Assembly (NCBI GenBank): GCA_043808155.1
Contig: JAZDFD010000026.1
Coordinates: forward strand, 19,817-83,816
Length of the DNA stretch: 64,000 nucleotides
Reading direction: 5' to 3'
From: Candidatus Iainarchaeum sp.
GTDB taxonomy: Archaea > Iainarchaeota > Iainarchaeia > Iainarchaeales > JAZDFD01
Shown here: one piece after another, positions 20,277 through 30,337 of the stretch
How positions within the stretch are numbered: position 1 is the stretch's first letter
Layout: each line of letters opens with the position of its first letter
Notes under the pieces: model-generated
Told to the model about the DNA's origin: nothing
The model's input: only the letters and a program-made list of their open reading frames with translations
Database searches by the model: none
Program-made: the position numbers and the translations under genes

Positions 20277-21836
20277 TCACTCATATGTTCTTTTTTCTTC
20301 TTTTTTGCCTAAGCATTCAAGTGCTTTACGGGCTAATTTCTTTCCGCATTCAGTTGGATATCTTCCTGTTATGCAGGCAAGACAAAGTTCATTTTCAGGA
20401 AGCCCAATTGATTTAATTAATCCTTTGATTGTTTGATATTTCAAAGAATCCACGCCAATTGCTTTTCTTATTTTTTCAATTGTTTTTTCAGGCAAATCCT
20501 CAAAACCAGTATCCTTCAAATTTTCTTTGTCTGCATAATTACATGCGATAAGTTCATTCATTGTTGACATATCAACTCCGTAAAAACATGGGCTCTTTAT
20601 TGGCGGGCTGGAAACTCTTACGTGAACTTCCTTTGCCTTACCGTCCTTTTTTAATCTTTCAATAATTGCTTTTATTGATGTGCCTCTCACAATACTGTCA
20701 TCAACAAGAATGATTTTCTTATTGCGCAAAATTGTTTTGTTAAGCATGAATTTATCTCTTACAAGATCATATCTTCCTGAGCTTTCAATAAAGGTTCTTC
20801 CAACATATCTGTTTCTTATAAGCCCCTCCATTGATTTCAGACCAAGTTCCTGTGCATAACCATCAGCAGCGGGTTTTGAAGAATCAGGTACACACACAAC
20901 AATATATTCATCACTATTAACATCAAGCGGTTCATTTCTTGCGAGTTCTCTTCCTAATTCATAACGTGCTTCATAAACTCCGCGTCCGTCAAGAATAGAT
21001 GCTGCACTGGAAAAGTAAACCCATTCAAACATACAATGTGCTGTTTTTTTATTTTTTGCATATCTTTCAACTGACACATCTCCATTTTCAATAAGTAACA
21101 TTTCACCTGGTTTCATTGCAACAATTCCATTGTCGCTATAATTTTGAAGCGCAACACTTTCAGATGCTGCAGCAACAATCTCCGAGTTTTTAATATAACT
21201 CAAAGGCATTATCCCCATAGGATCACGCAATGCCACTATTGAACCCTCTGCATTCATGTATGCGATATTGTAAGCACCATCAAATTTCTCAGAGAGTCCT
21301 GCGAAAACATCTTTCAGATCTTTTTTATCTGAACCTATAAATGCTTTTGAAAGATAGTGCATTATAATTTCAGTATCTAATCCTAACGAAAGATGATAAT
21401 TCCCCTTTTCAAGATCTTTTTTCAGATCAGAAAAATTAGCAAGATTTCCGTTAAATGCAAGAGAAAACCATTTCCATGGTCTCCCGTGTTTTCTTTCAAA
21501 TGGCTGTGTACATTCTACTCCGTCAGAACCAGACGTTGCATATCTTGTATGCCCTATTCCTCTGTCGCCTTCAAATTTTTTGAACAATCCTTCCATTTTT
21601 GGCTTTACCCTATAATGAAAAACTTCGTTTACAGAACCCAATTTTTTGTAAGTATTAAGCATCAGAGCGCGGTCTTTATTATAGGTTGACATACCTGCAC
21701 TTAATTGCCCTCTATTCTGCATCTGAAGAAGCATTTTATAAAGAAAAAAAACAGAACCTCCTGTCAGAGATTTATCTACGCCTTTTGGCAAATAAACTGC
21801 CGCAATCCCGCATTCGCTTTTCATTTCACTGCTCAT
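20277..21836 (-). CDS. purF: amidophosphoribosyltransferase
   Basis: 519 aa. N-terminal propeptide then CGIAAV (Ntn Cys), GHTRYATSG, the PRTase motif ILVDDSIVRGTS, and a C-terminal Cys cluster. Confidence 0.9.
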   Translation of the reverse strand: MSSEMKSECGIAAVYLPKGVDKSLTGGSVFFLYKMLLQMQNRGQLSAGMSTYNKDRALMLNTYKKLGSVNEVFHYRVKPKMEGLFKKFEGDRGIGHTRYATSGSDGVECTQPFERKHGRPWKWFSLAFNGNLANFSDLKKDLEKGNYHLSLGLDTEIIMHYLSKAFIGSDKKDLKDVFAGLSEKFDGAYNIAYMNAEGSIVALRDPMGIMPLSYIKNSEIVAAASESVALQNYSDNGIVAMKPGEMLLIENGDVSVERYAKNKKTAHCMFEWVYFSSAASILDGRGVYEARYELGRELARNEPLDVNSDEYIVVCVPDSSKPAADGYAQELGLKSMEGLIRNRYVGRTFIESSGRYDLVRDKFMLNKTILRNKKIILVDDSIVRGTSIKAIIERLKKDGKAKEVHVRVSSPPIKSPCFYGVDMSTMNELIACNYADKENLKDTGFEDLPEKTIEKIRKAIGVDSLKYQTIKGLIKSIGLPENELCLACITGRYPTECGKKLARKALECLGKKEEKRTYE

Positions 21837-21972
21837 TACTCACCACTAATGAACTTATACTTATTTTAATGCGCATTTATAATATAAAGATATGCGCCAA
21901 GCAGATGCTTAATTTCACTAATTCTAAGTTTCAAATAAAAGCATTTCCATATTTTTCTATTGTATACAGAAG

Positions 21973-22464
21973 GTGTTTGAAATCTGGAGTGTTGAAGTTT
22001 GCTATAGGCCTGATAAAAGAGATGCTTTAGGCCTGTCTGTGAAAGCAGATATTAAAGATGATTTAGGGCTTTCAGTAGAGTCTGTTTCTTTTGTGCATGT
22101 TTATACAATAAATGCAGAAATTACTGAAAACGAAGCAAAGAAAATTGCCTCTCAGTTACTTTCAGACCCTGTAATTCAGGATTATTCTGTTAATAGTCCT
22201 TTGAAAACTAATTTTGACTGGGAAATTACTGTTGAGTTAAATCCTGACGTTACTGACAATGTGGGGCTTGCAGCAAAGCACGGGATTGAAGATTTGTTAA
22301 TTGGAAAAATGCGCGAAGATGAATTTGTAAAATACTCGCGAAAATATTTATTAAAAGGAAAACTTTCAGAAGACAAAATTAAAAGAATCTGCGAAGATTT
22401 ACTCGCAAATAGTGTTATTGAAAAGTATTCTTACAAAAAAGGAAATGCAAAAGTGAAAAAATAA
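21973..22464 (+). CDS. purS: tandem (duplicated) PurS-like FGAM synthase subunit
   Basis: 163 aa, GTG start. Two consecutive PurS-like halves (VEVCYRPDKRDALG...LLSDPVIQDYSV and ITVELNPDVTDNVG...LLANSVIEKYSY). Sits directly upstream of purL-purQ. Confidence 0.7.
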   Translation: MFEIWSVEVCYRPDKRDALGLSVKADIKDDLGLSVESVSFVHVYTINAEITENEAKKIASQLLSDPVIQDYSVNSPLKTNFDWEITVELNPDVTDNVGLAAKHGIEDLLIGKMREDEFVKYSRKYLLKGKLSEDKIKRICEDLLANSVIEKYSYKKGNAKVKK

Positions 22465-22493
22465 AAAAATGAAACCAAAAATGTGAAAAAAAA

Positions 22494-24878
22494 ATGAGTG
22501 CAAAAATAAAACCAATAAAAATCACAACCAAAAGTGACTCTGAGCTTAAAATAATAAGCAAAGAAATGATTCTTTCACTCACTTTGGAAGAAATGAAAAT
22601 AATTCAGAATCATTTTTTAAAACTTGGACGAGAACCAACTGATGCAGAATTAGAAACACTTGCACAGACTTGGAGTGAACACTGCAAACACAAAGTATTC
22701 AATGCAGAAATTACCTACACAGATGAAAACGGAAATACTGAAGTAATCAACAGCTTATTTAAAACATATATTAAAGCAGCAACAGATGAAATCTCAGAAA
22801 ACAAAAATTGGTTAGTGTCAGTTTTCAAAGATAATGCAGGAATAATTTCATTTGACGATAAACACGACATTGCATTTAAAGTTGAAACGCATAATCACCC
22901 TTCGGCATTAGAACCTTACGGTGGTGCAAATACAGGAATTGGCGGAGTGATAAGAGATGTATTGGGCTGCGGTCTAGGTGCAAAACCAATTGCAAACACA
23001 GATATTTTCTGTTTTGGTCTGTACAACACACCTGCAGAAAAAGTGCCTGAAGGAATTCTCCACCCTAAAAGAATCATCAAGGGAGTACGTTCGGGTGTGC
23101 GTGACTATGGAAACAGAATGGGAATTCCCACTGTTAATGGTGCAATTATTTTTGATGAACGATATTTAGGAAATCCATTAGTGTATTGCGGTACGCTTGG
23201 AATAATGCCAAAGGGAATGCATGAAAAAAGTGTAACTCCCGGCAGTTTAATTGTTGCAATCGGTGGCAGAACAGGACGTGACGGAATTCACGGTGCAACT
23301 TTCTCATCAGTTGAACTTGATGAAGCTTCAGAAGTTTCAGCTGTGCAGATTGGAAATGCGATTGAAGAAAAAAAATTCACAGATGTTTTACTTGAAGCGC
23401 GTGACGAGAAACTTTACGAATGCATTACTGATTGCGGTGCAGGTGGCTTCTCTTCAGCAGTTGGTGAAATGGGTGAAGAAACTGGTGCAGTAGTACAGCT
23501 TGAAAATGCACCTTTGAAATACAAAGGTTTAATGCCATGGGAAATCTGGGTTTCCGAAGCACAGGAAAGAATGATTCTTTCTGTTCCCGAACCTAATAAA
23601 GATGAGCTTTTCAAACTCTGCGAAGATGAAGATGTTGAAGCAACTGTTTTAGGACATTATGCGGATCACAAAAAATTAGTTGTCACGTTCAACAAAGAAA
23701 CAGCAATTGATTTGGATATGGAATTTTTGCATAATGGTTTACCTTCAAAAAAAATGACTGCAAAATTCACACCTGTAAAACACAAAGAACCTGTTCTCAA
23801 AAAACCAAAAGACCTGGGCAACACATTGAAAGAAATTCTTGCAATGCCAAATATTGCTTCAAAAGAAACAACAATTCGCCAGTATGATCACGAAGTGCAG
23901 GCAAGTTCAGTTCTGAAACCATTAGTTGGTGTGAAAAATGATTCCCCAGGTGATGCTGCAATAATAAAACCATTATTTGATTCCTACAGAGGAATTATTC
24001 TTTCAAATGGAATTAATTCAAAGTTTTCAGATATTGACACTTACTGGATGGCGGCATCAGTAATTGATGAAGCAATAAGAAACATAATTGCAGTCGGAGG
24101 AAGTTTAGAACAAATTGCAATCCTTGATAATTTCTGCTGGGGCAACCCTAATAATGAACAAAAATTAGCTGAATTAGTGAGAACTGCAAAAGCCTGTTAT
24201 GATGTTGCGATAGTTTATGAAACTCCTTTTATTTCAGGTAAAGATTCATTCTATAATGAATTCATTCTAGGAAATAAAACAATTTCAATTCCTTCAACAT
24301 TACTAATAAGTGCTGTTTCAGTAATGAAAGATGTGAGAAAAAGAATCACAATGGATTTGAAAACAGAAGGGAATTTAATTTATGTTTTAGGTGAAACTTC
24401 TGAAGAACTCGGAGCGTCACATTACTTTGCTCTAAATAAGACAATTGGAAAATCCGTTCCAAAATTAAATGCTGAAAAAGCAAAGAAATTATACAATGCA
24501 ATTTCAAAAGCATCTGATTCTGAATTAATTGAATCAATGCATGATTGTTCTGAAGGTGGGCTTGCAGTTGCATTAGCAGAAATGGCATTTGCATCTGATT
24601 TGGGATGTGAAGTTAAAATAAATAAAATTCCCATCAACGGAACAATTGACAGAGAAGATTATATTTTATTTTCAGAATCAAATTCACGTTTTATTGCGGA
24701 AGTTAAGCAGGAAAACGAAAAAGAATTTGAAAAATTACTTTCAGGGAATGTATTTGCTAAAATCGGGCGTGTAACAAACTCCAAAAAAATGATTGTAAAA
24801 GGATTTGACGGAAAAGATATTCTTAATGAAGAACTTAAATGGCTGAAAAAAGCATGGAAGGAAACTCTAAATTGGTGA
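22494..24878 (+). CDS. purL: phosphoribosylformylglycinamidine synthase subunit II
   Basis: 794 aa. WSEHCKHK, ETHNHPSALEPYGGA and GGRTGRDGIHGATFSS are typical small-PurL motifs. Confidence 0.9.
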   Translation: MSAKIKPIKITTKSDSELKIISKEMILSLTLEEMKIIQNHFLKLGREPTDAELETLAQTWSEHCKHKVFNAEITYTDENGNTEVINSLFKTYIKAATDEISENKNWLVSVFKDNAGIISFDDKHDIAFKVETHNHPSALEPYGGANTGIGGVIRDVLGCGLGAKPIANTDIFCFGLYNTPAEKVPEGILHPKRIIKGVRSGVRDYGNRMGIPTVNGAIIFDERYLGNPLVYCGTLGIMPKGMHEKSVTPGSLIVAIGGRTGRDGIHGATFSSVELDEASEVSAVQIGNAIEEKKFTDVLLEARDEKLYECITDCGAGGFSSAVGEMGEETGAVVQLENAPLKYKGLMPWEIWVSEAQERMILSVPEPNKDELFKLCEDEDVEATVLGHYADHKKLVVTFNKETAIDLDMEFLHNGLPSKKMTAKFTPVKHKEPVLKKPKDLGNTLKEILAMPNIASKETTIRQYDHEVQASSVLKPLVGVKNDSPGDAAIIKPLFDSYRGIILSNGINSKFSDIDTYWMAASVIDEAIRNIIAVGGSLEQIAILDNFCWGNPNNEQKLAELVRTAKACYDVAIVYETPFISGKDSFYNEFILGNKTISIPSTLLISAVSVMKDVRKRITMDLKTEGNLIYVLGETSEELGASHYFALNKTIGKSVPKLNAEKAKKLYNAISKASDSELIESMHDCSEGGLAVALAEMAFASDLGCEVKINKIPINGTIDREDYILFSESNSRFIAEVKQENEKEFEKLLSGNVFAKIGRVTNSKKMIVKGFDGKDILNEELKWLKKAWKETLNW

Positions 24879-24896
24879 AAACTGAGGCTGAAAATT

Positions 24897-25658
24897 ATGA
24901 AACCAAAAGCAATTGTTTTGAGAACTGCAGGAACAAACTGCGATCATGAATCAAAATCAGCACTTGAATTAGCTGGTTTTGAAGCAGAGCGTGTTCACAT
25001 AAACAAACTAATACGCAAGGAAATTTCACTTGAGAATTATCACTTAGCAATGATTCCCGGCGGTTTTGCTGACGGAGATTATTTAGGTTCTGCAAAAATA
25101 CTTGCAAATAAAATCAGATTTCGCTTAGAAAATGAATTTCCTGATTTTGTAAAAGATGGAAAATTAATTCTTGGGGTCTGCAATGGTTTTCAAGCATTAG
25201 TAAAATCAGGCATGCTTCCTGCACTTAATAATGAATACACAAAACAAACTGCCACAATTACATTTAATGATTCCGGACACTTTCAATGTGAATGGGTCAA
25301 TTTGAAAAATGTAAACAAAGGAAAATGCATTTTCACTAAAGGAATTTCTGAATTATATGTTCCAATTGCGCATGGGGAAGGAAAGTTTGACCCAGGTGCA
25401 GACGAATTTTTGAAAAAAATGTATGATGACGATCAGATAGTTTTCAAATACGCTAACAACCCAAATGGTTCAATTGATGACATTGCAGGGCTTTGCGATC
25501 CAACAGGGCGAGTATTTGGATTAATGCCCCACCCCGAAAGAAATATTTCATATTTAAATGACCCCCGCTACTTTCGAAAAAAACCCGAAAAAGAAGAAGG
25601 TGCGGGAATGCAGATTTTTAGAAATGCATTTGAGTATGTGCAAGAAAATCTTATTTAA
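24897..25658 (+). CDS. purQ: phosphoribosylformylglycinamidine synthase subunit I (glutamine amidotransferase)
   Basis: 253 aa. GVCNGFQ (catalytic Cys) and MPHPER. Confidence 0.9.
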   Translation: MKPKAIVLRTAGTNCDHESKSALELAGFEAERVHINKLIRKEISLENYHLAMIPGGFADGDYLGSAKILANKIRFRLENEFPDFVKDGKLILGVCNGFQALVKSGMLPALNNEYTKQTATITFNDSGHFQCEWVNLKNVNKGKCIFTKGISELYVPIAHGEGKFDPGADEFLKKMYDDDQIVFKYANNPNGSIDDIAGLCDPTGRVFGLMPHPERNISYLNDPRYFRKKPEKEEGAGMQIFRNAFEYVQENLI

Positions 25659-26481
25659 GCGCAGCGCCAATCGCAGTACAATACTCTGCATTCTTTGGGA
25701 AAATAGGTTTTAGATTAAAGATTTTTAATGCAACAGAAATTCGTTTTCTCACTAATTTGTTGTTTGCAACTCTGCCTGTGAAGATTATTGTTTTTGTGTT
25801 TTCGGATTTTGCTGCAAGGTATGTCATTACTCCGATTGATTCCGCAACTGAATTTATTAATGAAAATGCGAAATCGTTTTTTGAAAATTTTGTGCCCTTA
25901 ATTTTTCCAAAGTTTGAAGCAGTTGCATCTTTTGGAATTATTCCTACATGTCCTTTAACAATATCCCCAACAGTCAAATCCAGTGAATTTTTTCCTTTCA
26001 TTGCAAGTTTTTCAGTTTCTGAAACGTGACATTTCAAAACCAATTTTGAAATACCCTCAATCGTGCCCCCGCCAAGTCCTGTACCGCCAAGATGCACAGC
26101 TTTTTTACCATGAATTCTGATGAATGGCGTACCAGTTCCGATATTTGCAACAATAAAATTGTTTTTACCTGAAATAAATTTTGCACCTTCTGCAATTGAA
26201 GTAATTTCATTTCTGTGCTGTGCTTTAATTCCGAGAATTGTTTTTGGTTTAAAGGAACTGCCAGTGATTTTAATTTCAGAAATTTTAGAAACATAAATTT
26301 TATTTTTTGAAAGGTTTTTTTTCAGAAAAGTTTCAAATTTTTTAATATTAATTTTATTTTTTTGCTTAAGCTTTTCAGATTCAATGGAAAACTTATACAT
26401 AATCTTTTTATTCTTCACTTTTTCCCCATTAAAAATCACAACATCTGTAAAAGATGCACCCGCATCAATTCCCAGAATCAT
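25651..26481 (-). CDS. ASKHA-fold kinase, type II pantothenate kinase-like
   Basis: 276 aa. ILGIDAGASFTD, VANIGTGTPF and HLGGTGLGGGTIEGISKL resemble type II PanK/fumble motifs as I recall them. The functional call is tentative. Confidence 0.5.
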   Translation of the reverse strand: MILGIDAGASFTDVVIFNGEKVKNKKIMYKFSIESEKLKQKNKINIKKFETFLKKNLSKNKIYVSKISEIKITGSSFKPKTILGIKAQHRNEITSIAEGAKFISGKNNFIVANIGTGTPFIRIHGKKAVHLGGTGLGGGTIEGISKLVLKCHVSETEKLAMKGKNSLDLTVGDIVKGHVGIIPKDATASNFGKIKGTKFSKNDFAFSLINSVAESIGVMTYLAAKSENTKTIIFTGRVANNKLVRKRISVALKIFNLKPIFPKNAEYCTAIGAALK

Positions 26482-28079
26482 AGAAATCCCATTGCAAGTC
26501 CCAGAAGTGCAATAACAACACCAGTGAAACCTTCACCTGCAATTAAACCTGCGGCAATAAGTCTTCCTTTCTCTACGAAATTTGCTTTATCTGCCCAAAG
26601 CCTAATTAGTCCACCAACAAACAACGGGAATGAAAGTTCAATTGGAACATACAACCCAATACCAAATGCAACTGTTGCAATTGGAGACAAATTCAGAAAC
26701 ATTAAAATAACTGCAATTAATGCACCAATTAAAATTCCTGCGAGAAGAATTTCCGAAAGTCCGGGTGCTTTAACAATTTCCGCAAGTGCTACTGCCTGAG
26801 GCGCTGGCAAATCTACACCGCCAAAACCATATGCCTGCTGTAATGAAATCATCACAAATCCAATTACTAATGCACCTGTCACAACCCCCACAATCTGTGC
26901 AATTGTCTGATTTTCAGGTTTAGTTCCGAGAATATATCCTGTTTTCAAATCCTGCATCATGTCCCCAGCAACACCTGCAGCAATACAAACAACAGCTGCC
27001 AGGAAAACAAAGAAAATTGCATTAAATCCAAACAGAAGTTTTGCAACTATCAAAACAATCATTGCGAAAATTTCCATTGGGTCAACATTCATTTCACCAG
27101 TGACTCGTGCACCAATATATGCCATTATGAATGCACCAACAATTGCAAGAATTGAAAGGTCAATTCGCATTTCAGTTATTATTGTAAAACTTGCAACTAA
27201 AACAATCAGAAGAATTCCTGTCCATTTATTATATTTTGAAAATGAATCTTTCCATGTACTGAAAAGATTCTTCAATTTAGGCAGTCCTCTCAGTAAAAAG
27301 TATGCAAGGCTTGCACCAATCACGACACCAATTCCCAAAGGTTTAGTAAATTGTGCTGCAGCAACAAATTTTGTTGCAAAAAATCCTGCTGAAACAAGAT
27401 AAGGTATAATCAAAAAATATGAAAGCAGTGCACCCAAAAACCAGACACCTGTAAAAAGCGGACCAATAAGGAAACCGCCTGACAATGCAATTAATGAAAT
27501 ACTCATACCCCATGAATAAAGATTTGCTAAATCTAATTTTAGTGTTTCAAGATTGAAATAACTGGGAAACAATTTGAAATAATCTCTTGCTGCAGAAAAT
27601 AATACACCAACACCAAACATTGAAAGCATCAGTTTTGCTTTTTTCCCGCCTGCGTCCCCTGCTTCAATTATTGCTGCAGCTGCGGCACCATCTGCGTAAG
27701 GAAGTTTTTCATTTTCAATCATTTCTTTTCTTAACGGAATACTGAAAATAATTCCTGTTACTCCTCCAATTAATGCAATTAAAGTAATATCAATAACTGA
27801 AACCTCAAAACCAAGAAGCCAGATTGCAGGAACAGTAAAAATAATTCCTGCAGCTAAAAGACCGCCTGCACTTGCCGCGGTTTGTGCAATATTAATTTCA
27901 TTTTTATTGCTGTTTTTTAATAATGTAAAAATTCCTAATGCCATCACAGAAACAGTTGTTATTGGCCAGTATACTCCGCCAATTTTAAGTCCTGCAAAAG
28001 CAGAGTACATCGCAACTATAACAGAAAGAATAGCACCAATTAAAAGCGCTCTCAGTGAAAGCTCACCCATATTAATCAA
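26478..28079 (-). CDS. OPT-family oligopeptide transporter
   Basis: 533 aa, roughly 14-16 TM segments. N-terminus LSLRALLIGAILSVIVAMYSAFAGLKIGG is typical of OPT-family proteins. Overlaps the downstream kinase gene by 4 nt. Confidence 0.65.
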   Translation of the reverse strand: MINMGELSLRALLIGAILSVIVAMYSAFAGLKIGGVYWPITTVSVMALGIFTLLKNSNKNEINIAQTAASAGGLLAAGIIFTVPAIWLLGFEVSVIDITLIALIGGVTGIIFSIPLRKEMIENEKLPYADGAAAAAIIEAGDAGGKKAKLMLSMFGVGVLFSAARDYFKLFPSYFNLETLKLDLANLYSWGMSISLIALSGGFLIGPLFTGVWFLGALLSYFLIIPYLVSAGFFATKFVAAAQFTKPLGIGVVIGASLAYFLLRGLPKLKNLFSTWKDSFSKYNKWTGILLIVLVASFTIITEMRIDLSILAIVGAFIMAYIGARVTGEMNVDPMEIFAMIVLIVAKLLFGFNAIFFVFLAAVVCIAAGVAGDMMQDLKTGYILGTKPENQTIAQIVGVVTGALVIGFVMISLQQAYGFGGVDLPAPQAVALAEIVKAPGLSEILLAGILIGALIAVILMFLNLSPIATVAFGIGLYVPIELSFPLFVGGLIRLWADKANFVEKGRLIAAGLIAGEGFTGVVIALLGLAMGFL

Positions 28080-28127
28080 TAAACAATTAGGGCATGATGT
28101 TTAAAAAGCTTAGTATATGTCCCATCG

Positions 28128-28331
28128 TTATTCGTCATGATCTTCATCAAATTCATCATCATTTTCAAAATAAAGGTCTTTTGATGATTTTAATTTAGGT
28201 TTGTCACCGACGTAAACTACATTTAATTCAAGGTTACATTCAGGGCAGTTCATAACGTCCCCCTCATCATATTCGTTATAATCGACTTCAAATCGTTCTC
28301 TACAATCTGGGCATCTGACTTTTCTAATCAA
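28128..28331 (-). CDS. LysW-like zinc-ribbon protein with acidic tail
   Basis: 67 aa. CPDC...x17...CPEC zinc ribbon followed by the acidic C-terminus ENDDEFDEDHDE, the same architecture as amino-group carrier LysW. No LysX/Y/Z-type genes nearby. Confidence 0.45.
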   Translation of the reverse strand: MIRKVRCPDCRERFEVDYNEYDEGDVMNCPECNLELNVVYVGDKPKLKSSKDLYFENDDEFDEDHDE

Positions 28332-28394
28332 AATATCTCCACCCCTGTGTGAGTTTATTATGAAATAATTTTGAAACCTTAATCTTTATAAACA

Positions 28395-29021
28395 TTAAGG
28401 TAAGGGCACTAAACCCACTAAAAACAGCAAAATCAGGGTCATTACAAAACTTAGAAGTATTGGTTTTTTAGTCAGCACTTTGATTAGTTTGTAAGCATAG
28501 TAAAAATACCAGAGAATAACTGCAAATCCAACTAGGAAAATCATTATGAACCCAGTTACCATTGCGTCACTTATTTCCAGATTTGTTAATGTAGTGCTTC
28601 CCATCACTTGTTCGTAAGATGCACCATACTGATCAAGTACTTTCAAACTAGTTACTGTGTCTGCAGGAACCAGCATAATCAACGCAAATCCCAGAATTGA
28701 AAGAAGTGCTATAAAAACCCACAATACTGAAACTGCAGTCATCACTCCCCCGAGTTTGCCTTTCAGTTCTCTGCCCCTGAAAAGATAGCCAGTAAGATAA
28801 AAAAGAAGTGTTGTAATAACTAAAAGCACATAACCCTTAAGCACTGCATAACCTAATGCAAGAAAATCAATCATAAATCCATAATAAAAATTAAATAAAA
28901 TCCACATCAAACTCGGAACTAAAACCAGGAACAAAGCCATTCCCATATTTGGCCTGTCAATATTGTCTTGGATTACATCACTTGGTTTGAAGATATTCAG
29001 ATTCATGCAATATATTAGCAA
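28395..29021 (-). CDS. membrane protein (Yip1-like?), function unknown
   Basis: 208 aa with 5 hydrophobic segments. The family assignment is weak. Confidence 0.45.
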   Translation of the reverse strand: MLIYCMNLNIFKPSDVIQDNIDRPNMGMALFLVLVPSLMWILFNFYYGFMIDFLALGYAVLKGYVLLVITTLLFYLTGYLFRGRELKGKLGGVMTAVSVLWVFIALLSILGFALIMLVPADTVTSLKVLDQYGASYEQVMGSTTLTNLEISDAMVTGFIMIFLVGFAVILWYFYYAYKLIKVLTKKPILLSFVMTLILLFLVGLVPLP

Positions 29022-29096
29022 TTAGTGATATAAAAAGCTAATGGATTGTCATTTTCAAATGTTTAATGTTAGATATATCGTTTAGAGTCACAATTA

Positions 29097-30281
29097 TCAA
29101 AAGTGACCCATTTTTTGTATTTTGGTTTCAAGATAATTACAATTATGTTCATTACATTTGATTTTCAATGGGATTCTTTTAGTGATTTTCAATCCATGGC
29201 CTTCCAGACCCACTATTTTTTGCGGGTTGTTTGTTAAAAGTCTTATTGTGCTTAATCCCAGTTTTGAAAGTATTTGCGCACCTGTTCCGTATTCTCTTAA
29301 ATCATCTTCAAAACCAAGTTCGTTGTTTGCTTCAACAGTATCTTTGCCTTCTTCCTGAAGTTTGTATGTTTTAAGTTTGTTCATTAATCCAATACCGCGT
29401 CCTTCGTGTTGCTGAATATAAAGGAGAACTCCCTGCCCTTCTTTTTCAATCATTTCCATTGCTTCTTTCAGTTGCGAACCGCAGTCACATCTTTTTGAAT
29501 GAAACACATCTCCTGTTAAACATCCTGAATGAACCCGCACTAAAACATTTTCTTTCCCTTTTACATTTCCTTTCACTAATGCAACATATTCTTTTTTTGA
29601 ATTATCAGTAAAACCAATTGCTTTGAAAGTTCCGTGTTCTGTCGGGAGATTCACGCACACAATTTCTTTTACTGAACTTTCGGTTTTGCTGCGATATTGA
29701 ATCAAATCTTTTATTGTGAGAATTTTTATTTTGTGTTCATCTGCAAATTTCTTCAAATCCGGAAGCCTTGCCATTGTTCCGTCTTTGTTCATTATTTCTG
29801 CAATTACCCCCACTTGTTTCATTTCTGCAATTTTCAGCAAATCAACTGTTGATTCAGTATGTCCTGCACGCTCCAGAACTCCATTTTCCTTTGCAAGCAG
29901 GGGAAACAAATGCCCTGGTTTTACTAAATCATTTTCATTTGTTTTTTCAGAAATAAGAATTTTGATTGTTTCAATTCTGTCTTTTGCAGAAACTCCTGTT
30001 GTGATTCCTTTTCCTGCGTCAACAGAAACAGTAAAACCCGTCTGAAATTTATCTTTGGGTTGTGTCATCAAATTCAGATTAAATTGTTCTGCAATTTTTT
30101 TGCTTATTGGAAGGCACATTAAACCATGCGCATTCTGAATCATAAAATTAATTTTTTCGGGAGTTGCTTTTTCCCCCGCAATTACAAGGTCACCTTCGTT
30201 TTCTCTTTCTTCATCATCCACTATAATGAGAAAATTTCCCTTTTGCAATTCTTCAATTGCCTCTTCTACTTTAATAAACAT
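29097..30281 (-). CDS. ribBA: bifunctional 3,4-dihydroxy-2-butanone-4-phosphate synthase / GTP cyclohydrolase II
   Basis: 394 aa. RibB motif DDEERENEGDLV and GCH-II zinc motif HSGCLTGDVFHSKRCDCGSQL. Confidence 0.9.
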   Translation of the reverse strand: MFIKVEEAIEELQKGNFLIIVDDEERENEGDLVIAGEKATPEKINFMIQNAHGLMCLPISKKIAEQFNLNLMTQPKDKFQTGFTVSVDAGKGITTGVSAKDRIETIKILISEKTNENDLVKPGHLFPLLAKENGVLERAGHTESTVDLLKIAEMKQVGVIAEIMNKDGTMARLPDLKKFADEHKIKILTIKDLIQYRSKTESSVKEIVCVNLPTEHGTFKAIGFTDNSKKEYVALVKGNVKGKENVLVRVHSGCLTGDVFHSKRCDCGSQLKEAMEMIEKEGQGVLLYIQQHEGRGIGLMNKLKTYKLQEEGKDTVEANNELGFEDDLREYGTGAQILSKLGLSTIRLLTNNPQKIVGLEGHGLKITKRIPLKIKCNEHNCNYLETKIQKMGHF

Positions 30282-30337
30282 AAATGAATTAGCATCTGTG
30301 AATACTTAAAAAGTTTATGCGTAACAAAAATGAGTAA

